Assembly (NCBI GenBank): GCA_039588075.1 | Contig: JBDHAL010000019.1 | Location: forward strand, 1-56,431 | Length of the DNA: 56,431 nucleotides | Direction: 5' to 3' | Source of the DNA: Gemmatimonadota bacterium | GTDB taxonomy: Bacteria; Gemmatimonadota; Gemmatimonadetes; Palauibacterales; KS3-K002 | Shown here: in pieces, positions 47,905 through 56,431 of the stretch | Position numbering within the stretch: position 1 is the first letter of the stretch | Layout: each line of letters starts with the position of its first letter | Program-made: the position numbers and the translations under genes | The notes under the pieces: generated by a model | The model's database searches: none | What the model was told of the DNA's origin: nothing | Seen by the model: only the letters and a program-made list of their open reading frames with translations

Positions 47905-49167
47905 TCAGGCCTCTTTTCGCTGTGCCTCTGGCTCCAGGATGAGGATCGGCGCGGTCTTCTTTTCCACGCACTCCTCGGTGATCACGACCTCCGTCACGTC
48001 CTCCCGACTCGGAATCTCGAACATGATGTCGAGCATGAGATCCTCGATGATCGCCCGCAGACCCCGGGCTCCCGTGCCTCTGTCGATCGCTTTGCGGGCG
48101 ATGGCTCGAAGCGCGTCCGGCTCGAACTTCAGCCTGATCTCCTCGAGCTCCACCATCTTCTGATACTGCTTGACCAGCGCGTTCTTCGGTTCCTTGAGGA
48201 TCTCGACCAGCGCCTCTTCGTCCAGCTCGTCCAGAGCGACGACCACCGGTAGCCGGCCCACCAACTCCGGGATCAGACCGTAGCGGATCAGGTCCTCCGG
48301 CTCCACGTAGTGGAACGCAGCGTACTCGTCCACCGTCTCTACTCCTGCCTGCTCCAGGTTCTCCTGGCTGCGCCCGAAACCGATCTGTCTGGTCCCGATC
48401 CGCGTCTCTATGATCTTCTCCAGCCCGGCGAAGGCGCCACCGCAAATGAACAAGATGTTGCGCGTGTCGATCTGGATATACTCTTGCTGTGGGTGCTTGC
48501 GGCCGCCCTGCGGCGGAACGTTCGCCACTGTGCCCTCGAGGATCTTCAGCAACGCCTGCTGCACGCCCTCGCCCGACACATCTCTCGTGATGGAAGGGTT
48601 CTCGGACTTGCGGGCTATCTTGTCGATCTCATCGACGTAGACGATGCCGCGCTCCGACTCCGCTATGTTGTAGTCGCCGGCCTGGAGAAGCTGGACCAGG
48701 ATGTTCTCCACGTCCTCGCCTACGTAGCCTGCCTCCGTCAGCGTCGTGGCGTCCGCGATGGTAAACGGTACCTCCAACAGCCGAGCCAGAGTCCGTGCCA
48801 GCAGCGTCTTGCCAACGCCGGTTGGTCCGAGAAGCAGAATGTTGGATTTCTCGATCTCGACGTCTTCGACCTGGCCCTGATTGTTGATACGCTTGTAGTG
48901 ATTGTACACCGCTACGGCAAGCGATTTCTTCGCCGTGTTCTGGCCAATTACGTAGTCGTCGAGCGTCCCTTTTATGTCGGTTGGCTTTGGGGTGTGCGTG
49001 ATGCTGTCTGCGGCGGAGCGCTCCACCTCTTCGGCGAGGATCTCGTTGCACAACGAGATGCACTCGTTGCAAATGTACACGTTCGGTCCGGAGATGAACT
49101 TCTTAACGCTCTCCTTGGACTTGCCGCAGAAAGAGCAGCGCAGGTGCTTATCGCTCGACGTCGTCAT
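47905..49167 (-). CDS. clpX: ATP-dependent Clp protease ATP-binding subunit ClpX
   Basis: CSFCGK...CNEC zinc domain, [22 protein letters not shown] loop. Confidence 0.97.
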   Translation of the reverse strand: MTTSSDKHLRCSFCGKSKESVKKFISGPNVYICNECISLCNEILAEEVERSAADSITHTPKPTDIKGTLDDYVIGQNTAKKSLAVAVYNHYKRINNQGQVEDVEIEKSNILLLGPTGVGKTLLARTLARLLEVPFTIADATTLTEAGYVGEDVENILVQLLQAGDYNIAESERGIVYVDEIDKIARKSENPSITRDVSGEGVQQALLKILEGTVANVPPQGGRKHPQQEYIQIDTRNILFICGGAFAGLEKIIETRIGTRQIGFGRSQENLEQAGVETVDEYAAFHYVEPEDLIRYGLIPELVGRLPVVVALDELDEEALVEILKEPKNALVKQYQKMVELEEIRLKFEPDALRAIARKAIDRGTGARGLRAIIEDLMLDIMFEIPSREDVTEVVITEECVEKKTAPILILEPEAQRKEA

Positions 49168-49184
49168 CCACTCATCCTCCCCGC

Positions 49185-49793
49185 TTACTTCTTATCCTTA
49201 CCGTCATCACCTTTGTTGGTGATGATCTGGTCGATGAGCCCATACTCGACGGCTTCCGCCGGGGACATGAACCGGTCGCGGTCCGCGTCATCCGCCACCT
49301 GCTCCACCGATTGCTTGGTGTGAGAGGCCAGGATGTCGTTTATTCGCTCGCGCGCGAACAGGATTTCCTTGGCCTGGATCTCGATGTCGGACGCCGTTCC
49401 CTGCGAGCCGCCGGACGGCTGGTGGATCATGATCCGCGAGTTGGGAAGCGCCGAGCGCTTTCCCGAGGTCCCGGCCGCGAGCAAAACCGCTCCCATCGAA
49501 GCGGCCATTCCCATACAGATGGTCGAGACGGGCGCCCTCATGTACTGGATGGTGTCGTAGATCGCCAGTCCAGCGTAGACGCCGCCGCCGGGGCAGTTGA
49601 TGTACAGGTAGACGTCCTTCTCCTGATTCTCTGCCTCCAAAAAGAGAAGCTGAGCGATCAGGATGTTGGCGACTTCATCGTTAATCGGGGAGCCGAGGAA
49701 CACGATCCGGTCCATCAGCAGGCGCGAGAAGATGTCATAGACCTTCTCACCGCGGCTAGAACGCTCGATCACATATGGTGCGTACGGCGCCAT
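49185..49793 (-). CDS. clpP: Clp protease proteolytic subunit
   Basis: [17 protein letters not shown] (Ser), IMIHQP (His), DRDRFM (Asp). Confidence 0.97.
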   Translation of the reverse strand: MAPYAPYVIERSSRGEKVYDIFSRLLMDRIVFLGSPINDEVANILIAQLLFLEAENQEKDVYLYINCPGGGVYAGLAIYDTIQYMRAPVSTICMGMAASMGAVLLAAGTSGKRSALPNSRIMIHQPSGGSQGTASDIEIQAKEILFARERINDILASHTKQSVEQVADDADRDRFMSPAEAVEYGLIDQIITNKGDDGKDKK

Positions 49794-49838
49794 GGCTCTG
49801 CTCTGTTCTCCTGGTTGCCGGCATTGGGTGACGGGGCC

Positions 49839-51101
49839 TCAGGCCCCGCCTTCGTCGATTTCGGACTGCTCTCTAAGGTACTTGAACACCTTCTCTTCGG
49901 TGATTCCGCGCTCCAGATCGCGGAGCTCGCCCGATTTGGCCAGGCGCGACCGCAGCTCGGGAACCGGTCGCCCGGTCCGCTTGGATAAGCCCCGCAGTCG
50001 TTCCTGGATCTCCTCCTTGGTGGCCTCGAAGCCCTCGTCCTCGGCGATGCGCTGCAGGATGAGCGTGCGTTTGATACCCCACACGGCCGCCGGACGTGCC
50101 TCGTCCCGAGCCTTGTCGATCAGGTCCGGGTCCGTCCCCTCCGGCGGTTCCCCGACCAGCGCTTCCGCGTAGCGGTCGATCATCGAGTCCGGAACCTCAA
50201 ACGGATTTGCTTCTATGATCAGGTCGATCAGCTGCCGGTCGATCTGATGGTCCACCTCGTGCTCCTTCTGCTGACGCAAGTCTTCGGCTATCCGATCGCT
50301 CAACGCTTCCAGGCTGTCGAACTCGCCCACCGACTTCGCGAACTCGTCGTCCAGCTCTGGCAGCTCTTGCTCCAGCACCTGCTTCAGCTCGATCTTCAAA
50401 CGCTGTTTCGTGCCCCGCTTCGACTCGTCTTCGAAATCATCCGGGAAACCGACCTCGAACTCATCCGTTGAGCCCGGCGACTGGGTCATGATCGCCGCCT
50501 CCACCTCCGGAATGGCTCGACCCTGGCCCAGGACGAACGCGTAGGGCTGCTTTTCCTCGTCACCACCCAGCGGCGTGATCTCTACCTCGACGCTGTCACC
50601 GGCAACCGGCGGTCGCTCCGCTGGCTTCCACAGCGCCTGCCGTTCGCGCAACAGCCCTAGTTGCTGGTCGACCTCATCCTCGGTCAGCTCCACGGCCGGT
50701 CGGCTCACGCGGAACCCGCCCAGCCGGCCGAGCTTCACTTCGGGCCGGATGTCGAACGAGACCTCGAACGTCAACTCCGAGTCCTGGTCGTAGTTGACCT
50801 TCGACACCATTGGCTCGCTGATCGGCTCCAGCTCCTTCTCCTTCACAGCCTCGCGAAACGCCAGGTCGATCACACGCTGCTGCGTCTGCCGGTCTATGTC
50901 CGGTCCGTAACGCGCCTCCAGATGCTGCAGCGGGATCTTCCCCTTTCGGAAACCCGGGATGCGCACCCGCTTCGACAGCTGTTTCGCCGCCTTCCCGCGC
51001 TCAGACTTCACTCGCCCGGCCGGTACCGTTACCACCAGCTTTCGACCCCAAGCCGCCGTCTCCTCGACGGATATCTGGAGGTTGGATGTAGTTTGGGACA
51101 C
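49839..51101 (-). CDS. tig: Trigger factor
   Basis: IPGFRKGK ribosome-binding motif, FKBP-like domain, LPELDDEFAK. Start GTG 51101 (the track start lies inside the tRNA). Confidence 0.93.
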   Translation of the reverse strand: MSQTTSNLQISVEETAAWGRKLVVTVPAGRVKSERGKAAKQLSKRVRIPGFRKGKIPLQHLEARYGPDIDRQTQQRVIDLAFREAVKEKELEPISEPMVSKVNYDQDSELTFEVSFDIRPEVKLGRLGGFRVSRPAVELTEDEVDQQLGLLRERQALWKPAERPPVAGDSVEVEITPLGGDEEKQPYAFVLGQGRAIPEVEAAIMTQSPGSTDEFEVGFPDDFEDESKRGTKQRLKIELKQVLEQELPELDDEFAKSVGEFDSLEALSDRIAEDLRQQKEHEVDHQIDRQLIDLIIEANPFEVPDSMIDRYAEALVGEPPEGTDPDLIDKARDEARPAAVWGIKRTLILQRIAEDEGFEATKEEIQERLRGLSKRTGRPVPELRSRLAKSGELRDLERGITEEKVFKYLREQSEIDEGGA

Positions 51102-51144
51102 TAAATTACGCCTTTGATCGTCGTGACTGCGCGTTGCTGCAGGA

Positions 51145-51228
51145 TGCGAAAGGGGGGACTCGAACCCCCACGGCCGGGTGGCCACCAGCTCCTAAGGCTG
51201 GCGCGTCTACCGATTCCGCCACTTTCGC
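51145..51228 (-). tRNA. tRNA-Leu (anticodon TAG), CCA not encoded
   Basis: GCGAAAG acceptor stem pairs with CTTTCGC-A; D-arm TGGCGGAATCGGTAGACGC; anticodon arm CCAGC-CTTAGGA-GCTGG; long variable arm; GGGGG-TTCGAGT-CCCCC T-arm. Typical position upstream of tig. Confidence 0.96.
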
Positions 51229-51251
51229 AGGAGCCTTGCTGGCCGTCACTT

Positions 51252-51279
51252 ACTTTACCTGAAAGGGCCAAAAATTCAA
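51252..51279 (-). promoter_or_regulatory. Candidate sigma70 promoter of tRNA-Leu/tig
   Basis: Minus strand TTGAAT-16 bp-TAAAGT. Confidence 0.5.
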
Positions 51280-51322
51280 GGAAAGGAGGAGGGCGGCGGG
51301 CCGGAGGAAGTAGCCCGCCGCC
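51278..51322 (-). terminator. Probable terminator after degP
   Basis: Minus strand GGCGGCGGGC-11 nt-GCCCGCCGCC followed by pyrimidine-rich CTCCTCCTTTCCTT. Confidence 0.6.
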
Positions 51323-51335
51323 ACGCGTCAGAAAA

Positions 51336-52940
51336 TCACTGCTCGGGCACACCGACGTTGACGATTTGGTGAAATACGTCACCCTCTGGTGATACCGCGA
51401 TGAGGTCGAGGGAGACCGCGTCGCCCGGTTTGACCTCGCTGAGGGCCACATCGAAGTCGCTGACGCTGCGAACCGGAGTACCGTTCACCCTCTGGATGAC
51501 CCAGAATCGAGGGACGTTGGCCATGTGAGCGGGGCCGAAGGCGGCGACGTCGGTGATGAGGACGCCTTCGAGATCCCTAAGCTGTTGGAGGCCGACCTCC
51601 TCGAGCAACTGTGGCTCGAGGGCGCTCACCTGCACGCCGATGACCATGTTGCTCGGGCGAGCGGCAGGTGCCGCAGCGATGGGCTCGGGCTGTGGAACGT
51701 CGGCTTCGGCGAGGCGGACGTTGAACTGCATCGGGGTGCCGTAGCGTATAAGCTCGACGATCACGCGTTCGCCGGGTTCGTAGGAGGCGATGACGCTCTG
51801 GAGCTGTCCGACGCGCTCAACGGGCCTGTCGTCGATAGCGATGATGACATCGCCGCGCTCGATGCCGGTTTCTAGGGCGGGGCTGTCATCGGGGAAGTCC
51901 TGAACGACGACGCCGCCGAGGCTCGGGAGCCCGAAAACACGAGCGTCGGCCGCGGTGGGCTGACTGACGTTGACCCTGAGGGCGGCCCGGCGAACGCGGC
52001 CGTACTCGATGAGGTCTTCCATCACGTCGCGGGCCAGGTTGATGGGGATGGCGAAGCCGTAACCCTGGTAGTAGCCGGTGAGGCTGGCGATGGCGGTATT
52101 GATACCAATGACCTCACCCTTGTAGTTGACCAGGGGGCCTCCGGAGTTACCGGGGTTGATCACAGCGTCCGTCTGGATGAGGTCCTCGATGGCGTAGGGG
52201 CTCGCATTGGCGTTTTCGCGAATGATGCCCAGGTCTCGTCCTTTAGCGCTGACGATCCCGGCGGTTACGGTGAAGGGGAGGGCTGAGCTGCTTTGGAGCC
52301 CCGGGTTACCGATCGCCAACACGAACTCGCCGACCGCGAGGCCGTCAGAATCGCCGAACTGCACCGTCGGCAGGTCTTTTCCTTCGATCTTGAGGATCGC
52401 GACGTCGGTGGTGGGGTCGCGGCCCACCAACTCGGCGTCGAACTGCCGGCCGTCGGGCAGCGAGACCTGGATCCTCTCGGCTCGGGCCACGACGTGGTTG
52501 TTGGTGAGGACAAAGCCGTCCTCCGAGACGATGAAGCCGGAACCGCGACCCAGCGGAACGTCATAGGGGGTCTGCGGCACCTGGTCCCCGCGGAATGGCC
52601 CGAAGAGCTCTTCGAGACGCTCCTGCGAGACGTTTTGGTGCGGCTGGCCCCGCGTGTCGATGGAGACCACCGCCGACTTGACGTCGTGCGCGATCGCCAC
52701 AAAGACCCGGCTGACCTCCGCCAGTGCGTGGGCATCGGCTTCCGAGCTCGGTCGCTGCGTGCTGGCGGCCGGCAGTGTCGCCGGCGCGGTTCGCTGCATC
52801 GCCGCTCTCGTCGCCGCCGGCAGCGTCGCGGCGTGGCCGCCCTGGGCCCATTCGAAGCCCGAGGCGAGCCCGAGCCCGAGGGCCAGGGCGAGTGAGGTAT
52901 AGAGGATGATCTTTAGCTTGCTGCGTACTGGTTCACTCAT
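51336..52940 (-). CDS. degP: HtrA/DegP-family serine protease with two PDZ domains
   Basis: Signal/TM segment, GSGFI, TNNHVV, DVA, TDAVINPGNSGGPL, two PDZ domains. Start ATG 52940 (AAGGAAGG RBS). Confidence 0.9.
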   Translation of the reverse strand: MSEPVRSKLKIILYTSLALALGLGLASGFEWAQGGHAATLPAATRAAMQRTAPATLPAASTQRPSSEADAHALAEVSRVFVAIAHDVKSAVVSIDTRGQPHQNVSQERLEELFGPFRGDQVPQTPYDVPLGRGSGFIVSEDGFVLTNNHVVARAERIQVSLPDGRQFDAELVGRDPTTDVAILKIEGKDLPTVQFGDSDGLAVGEFVLAIGNPGLQSSSALPFTVTAGIVSAKGRDLGIIRENANASPYAIEDLIQTDAVINPGNSGGPLVNYKGEVIGINTAIASLTGYYQGYGFAIPINLARDVMEDLIEYGRVRRAALRVNVSQPTAADARVFGLPSLGGVVVQDFPDDSPALETGIERGDVIIAIDDRPVERVGQLQSVIASYEPGERVIVELIRYGTPMQFNVRLAEADVPQPEPIAAAPAARPSNMVIGVQVSALEPQLLEEVGLQQLRDLEGVLITDVAAFGPAHMANVPRFWVIQRVNGTPVRSVSDFDVALSEVKPGDAVSLDLIAVSPEGDVFHQIVNVGVPEQ

Positions 52941-53040
52941 CGCGAGCACCTTCCTTCAAGCTCCCGTTGGATATATAGCGTTTGCTATCTGCTACACGCT
53001 CGCCTCGAGTCGGTTCCCGGTCGGGTCGGCCTCGAATGCG

Positions 53041-53067
53041 TCCGGGGCCCTGGTCCAGGGCCCCGGA
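53041..53067. terminator. Perfect GC-rich inverted repeat downstream of dnaK
   Basis: TCCGGGGCCCTGG-T-CCAGGGCCCCGGA; no U-tail in the dnaK direction. Confidence 0.55.
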
Positions 53068-53105
53068 TAATAAGATGCGCAACTTGGCCGTGGAGTCGCC
53101 AGTCG

Positions 53106-55031
53106 TCAGCTTTCCTTGTCTTCGTCGACGATCTCGTAGTCGGCCTCCACGACCTCCGGCTCGGCCTCGCCTTCCGAGCCGCCTTCGCTGGCGCCGGCTT
53201 CAGCGCTCGCCGCCCCGGCCTGGGCCTCGTAGAGCTTCTGGCCCGCCGCCGAGAACGCCTGCATAAGCTCGTCGTGGGCTTTGTTGAGGTCCTGAAGATC
53301 CTGGCTCTCCTTCAACGCCTTCTTCGCGCCCTCCTGGGCTTCGTCGAGTCGTTTCTTGGTTTCCTCGTCGAGCTTTTCGGCCCACTCCGCCGAATCCTTC
53401 TCGACTCGATAGACCAGGGAGTCGAGCTTGTTTCGAAGCTCGATCAGCTCACGAGCCGCCTGGTCTTCCTTGGCGTGCTCGTCTGCGTCCGCGACCATTT
53501 TCTCGATTTCGGCGTCGTTCAGACCCGACGTGGCCTCGATCCGAATCGACTGCTCCTTGCCCGTTGCGCGGTCCTTGGCCGACACGTGCAGTATGCCGTT
53601 CGCATCGACGTCGAAGGTCACCTCGACCTGGGGCATGCCCCGCGGCGCCGGCGGTATCCCGGTGAGCTGGAACCGCCCGATCGTTTTGTTCTGGATCGCC
53701 ATCGGCCGCTCGCCCTGCAGCACGTGGATGTCGACCGTGGTCTGGTGGTCCTCTGCCGTGGAGAACACCTCCATCTTCTTCGTCGGGATCGTGGTGTTCC
53801 GCGCGATCAGCGTGGTCATCACGCCGCCCAGCGTCTCGATCCCCAGCGATAGGGGCTCAACATCCAGCAGTAGGACCTCGCTCACTTCGCCGGCGAGCAC
53901 GCCGGCCTGGATCGCGGCGCCGATACCCACGACCTCATCGGGGTTCACGCCCTTATGGGGGTCCTTGCCGAAGAATTCGCGCACGACCTCCTGGACCTTG
54001 GGGATCCGCGTCGATCCGCCGACCAGGATGACTTCGTCGATGTTCTCCTGCTTCAGCTTCGCGTCTTCTAACGCTTTCTGCATCGGCGGGATCGTGCGCT
54101 GGATCAAGTCGTCGACCAACTGCTCGAACTTCGCACGTGTCAGCTTGATGTTCAGGTGTTTCGGTCCCGACTGGTCGGCGGTCACGAACGGCAGGTTGAT
54201 GTCGGTCTCCATCGTCGTGGAGAGCTCGCACTTCGCCTTCTCCGACGCTTCCTTGAGCCGCTGCAAGGCCATCGGGTCGCTGGAAAGGTCTATGCCTTGG
54301 TCCTTCTTGAACTCCTCTACCAGCCACTTGATGATCCGGTCATCCAGGTCGTCACCGCCCAGGTGCGTGTCGCCGTTCGTCGACTTGACCTCGAACACGC
54401 CCTCGCCCAGCTCCAGGATCGTTATGTCGTACGTGCCACCGCCCAGGTCGAAGACCGCTATGGTCTCGTCCTTCTTCTTGTCCAGTCCGTAGGCCAGCGC
54501 GGCCGCCGTCGGCTCGTTTAGTATGCGAAGAACCTCGAGACCGGCGATCTTGCCGGCGTCCTTCGTGGCCTGCCGCTGCGAGTCGTTGAAGTACGCCGGG
54601 ACCGTCACCACGGCCTTGGTGACCTCCTGGCCCAGGTAGTCGGCCGCCGTCTGCTTCAGCTTCTGCAACACCATCGCCGAAATCTCCGGCGCCGAATAAC
54701 GCGTGCCGTCGATATCTACGAAAGGTCGATTCTTCTCGTCACAAATCACCTTGTAGGGGACCCGGCCGAGCTCCGTCTTCAGCTCGTCGCAGGTGCAGCC
54801 CATGAATCGCTTGATCGAATAGACCGTCTTCTCCGGATTGGTTATCGCCTGGCGCTTCGCCACCTGGCCCACCAGCCGCTCGCCGTCCTTGGCGAAACCG
54901 ACGACCGACGGGGTGGTCCGCGAACCCTCCTGATTCGGGATCACCACTGGGTCGCCGCCTTCCATCACGGCCACCACCGAGTTCGTCGTGCCCAGGTCGA
55001 TGCCTATTACCTTTCCCGTTTCTCTTGCCAT
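53106..55031 (-). CDS. dnaK: Chaperone DnaK (Hsp70)
   Basis: [39 protein letters not shown]. Start ATG 55031. Confidence 0.97.
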   Translation of the reverse strand: MARETGKVIGIDLGTTNSVVAVMEGGDPVVIPNQEGSRTTPSVVGFAKDGERLVGQVAKRQAITNPEKTVYSIKRFMGCTCDELKTELGRVPYKVICDEKNRPFVDIDGTRYSAPEISAMVLQKLKQTAADYLGQEVTKAVVTVPAYFNDSQRQATKDAGKIAGLEVLRILNEPTAAALAYGLDKKKDETIAVFDLGGGTYDITILELGEGVFEVKSTNGDTHLGGDDLDDRIIKWLVEEFKKDQGIDLSSDPMALQRLKEASEKAKCELSTTMETDINLPFVTADQSGPKHLNIKLTRAKFEQLVDDLIQRTIPPMQKALEDAKLKQENIDEVILVGGSTRIPKVQEVVREFFGKDPHKGVNPDEVVGIGAAIQAGVLAGEVSEVLLLDVEPLSLGIETLGGVMTTLIARNTTIPTKKMEVFSTAEDHQTTVDIHVLQGERPMAIQNKTIGRFQLTGIPPAPRGMPQVEVTFDVDANGILHVSAKDRATGKEQSIRIEATSGLNDAEIEKMVADADEHAKEDQAARELIELRNKLDSLVYRVEKDSAEWAEKLDEETKKRLDEAQEGAKKALKESQDLQDLNKAHDELMQAFSAAGQKLYEAQAGAASAEAGASEGGSEGEAEPEVVEADYEIVDEDKES

Positions 55032-55148
55032 GTTCGTTCTCAGCCGTTCTAAAATGAAACCAGCGCAGGCGCTTGCTCCTCCCCGTCCGGTCGGGCAGGA
55101 CCGGGCGCGGCGGGTGCGCGCGAACTTTCGATTCCGGCAGGCCAGAAG

Positions 55149-55165
55149 TGCAACCACCGTGCCAG
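55149..55165 (-). promoter_or_regulatory. sigma54 -24/-12 promoter of dnaK
   Basis: Minus strand CTGGCACGGTGGTTGCA matches the consensus TGGCACG-N4-TTGCW exactly. Confidence 0.8.
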
Positions 55166-55302
55166 GCGGAAGGCTGGAAAAGGGCCCAAAGTACCGACAA
55201 TCTGGCGCGCCGCGAGGCAGTCATGCCAAACCGGCAGATACTGAGTACGGCCGGGGCTGAACGATTGACGCCTCCACTGCGGCGACCTAGGTTGGCCACG
55301 CC

Positions 55303-56040
55303 ATGTTCCCATTCAAGGACGAGAACCCGGCCGAGCTGACCCCGCTGATCACGGTGGGTCTTATCATGGCCAATCTGGCCGCGTGGGTCTTCGTGCAGGG
55401 GTTGGGGAGCAACCTGCAGGCGTCCGTCTGCGAGTTCGGCCTGATCCCGGTGGAGCTGACGGGCCAATCGGTGGAAGGACTCGAGGTGTGCCGGCTGGGT
55501 GGGATGACGTGGGGAACCATGGTCAGCTCGATGTTCATGCACGGCGGCTGGCTGCACCTGTTGAGCAATATGATGTTCCTCTGGGTCTTCGGTAACAACA
55601 TCGAGGACTCGATGGGCCATTTCCGCTTCGCGGTGTTCTACCTCATCTGTGGACTGGTGGCGGCGAGTGGGCACGTGTTCTTGAACGGCCATTCGGCGCT
55701 GCCCACGGTTGGCGCTTCGGGTGCGATCAGCGGAGTTCTCGGAGCCTACATCCTCCTTTATCCGAACGTGCGGGTTCACGTTTTCTTCCCGCCGATCTGG
55801 GTCTTCCCGATGCGGGCCTCAATCGTGCTGGGTTACTGGATCCTGATTCAAATTCTGATGGGCATCGGTCACTTGAGCGGCGCGCCGGCCGGCGGCGTGG
55901 CGGTTTGGGCACACATTGGCGGCTTCTTTGCCGGCCTCGTGCTGGTCAAGTTTTTCGAGCGCCCGCAGCTGGTGACGGCGAAGCGAGAGCACCGCCGCCT
56001 GGATCGGCAGGAGATTCGCAGCGGGAGATACTGGTGGTAA
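55303..56040 (+). CDS. Rhomboid family intramembrane serine protease
   Basis: SMFMHGGWLHL..NM, GASGA (Ser), AHIGGF (His). Confidence 0.93.
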   Translation: MFPFKDENPAELTPLITVGLIMANLAAWVFVQGLGSNLQASVCEFGLIPVELTGQSVEGLEVCRLGGMTWGTMVSSMFMHGGWLHLLSNMMFLWVFGNNIEDSMGHFRFAVFYLICGLVAASGHVFLNGHSALPTVGASGAISGVLGAYILLYPNVRVHVFFPPIWVFPMRASIVLGYWILIQILMGIGHLSGAPAGGVAVWAHIGGFFAGLVLVKFFERPQLVTAKREHRRLDRQEIRSGRYWW

Positions 56041-56047
56041 CTACTGT

Positions 56048-56215
56048 AGTGAACATCGAGCATCGAGCATCGCCCATCGAACGTCGAGAATACTTCCCGA
56101 CTCTTAACGTTGGACCCTGAACCTTTGACATGAACTTTGACGCGACCGGGAGATCTGGGTGCGCAAAGCGCGTCAACGTTGGATGTTGGGCGATGCTCGA
56201 TGCTCGATGTTCACT
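56048..56215. repeat. 168-bp element with perfect 29-bp terminal inverted repeats built from 7-mers
   Basis: AGTGAACATCGAGCATCGAGCATCGCCCA at 56048-56076 and its exact reverse complement at 56187-56215. Confidence 0.92.
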
Positions 56216-56431
56216 CTGAGAAGGGTCCCGCCTCTGCCCAATGATCAAGTGGGCCATGCCCATATCCCAGCCGAGGCGCCGACTCGATGGCGCGGCGCGT
56301 GAAGTCGCGGGCGACTCGAACCGCTTCGACCGGTGGATGACCCAGCGCTAGCCCGGCGCAGATCGCGGCTGATAGCGTGCATCCTGTGCCGTGGGTGTGG
56401 CGCGTGTCCAGGCGGCTATCCTGCCATTCGT
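56211..56431 (-). CDS. thiD: Hydroxymethylpyrimidine/phosphomethylpyrimidine kinase, 3' end (partial)
   Basis: Hand translation: [20 protein letters not shown]...[18 protein letters not shown]...stop at 56213-56211. Confidence 0.9.
   Translation of the reverse strand, partial: EWQDSRLDTRHTHGTGCTLSAAICAGLALGHPPVEAVRVARDFTRRAIESAPRLGYGHGPLDHWAEAGPFSE

Noticed and set aside
51145-51228. tRNA-Leu as an island integration site
   Set aside because: No duplicated 3' end was seen, and the normal tRNA-tig-clpP-clpX order is intact.
52993-53018. ECF-sigma promoter (GGAAC...CGTGTA) upstream of degP
   Set aside because: Biologically plausible, but the GGAAC-to-CGT spacing is 14 nt, shorter than the usual 16-17.
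55032-55302. CIRCE element upstream of dnaK
   Set aside because: No TTAGCACTC-N9-GAGTGCTAA-like repeat found.
56048-56215. CRISPR array
   Set aside because: The repeats are inverted and built from 7-mers, with no repeat-spacer series and no cas genes.

Overview
High-GC chromosomal window from a diderm bacterium. Gene order and protein style resemble Gemmatimonadota or deltaproteobacterial-type loci, but this cannot be confirmed from the sequence alone. Bases 1-10 kb (minus strand) hold a surface-glycan operon: NDP-hexose 2,3-dehydratase (frameshifted, runs off the left edge), WecE aminotransferase, GNAT acetyltransferase, GT4, a UPF0104 flippase-like protein, a bi-domain oxidoreductase, a methyltransferase, an (alpha/alpha)-barrel protein and a DPM1-like GT2. 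Bases 10-35 kb hold a type IVa pilus locus: pilS-pilR, four GT-C-fold membrane glycosyltransferases (one TMTC/DUF1736-TPR-like, one disrupted), a sigma54-driven Ser/Thr-rich major pilin, a second PilS2/PilR2-like pair, four minor pilins, pilMNOPQ and a frameshifted Ig-like/beta-propeller lipoprotein. Bases 35-56 kb are housekeeping genes: aroC, aroK, topA, trmFO, xerC, hslVU, gcvT, mog, a sigma54 activator, a lipoprotein, clpX, clpP, tig, tRNA-Leu(TAG), degP, dnaK (near-perfect sigma54 promoter), a rhomboid protease and partial thiD. The best candidate for an undescribed system is a lipid-phosphate-sugar/GT-C protein glycosylation pathway, including a TMTC-like enzyme, built into the pilus locus. 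Also notable are three frame-breaking lesions confined to the glycan/pilus half and two long heptamer-patterned inverted-repeat elements. No CRISPR array, transposase or prophage was seen.
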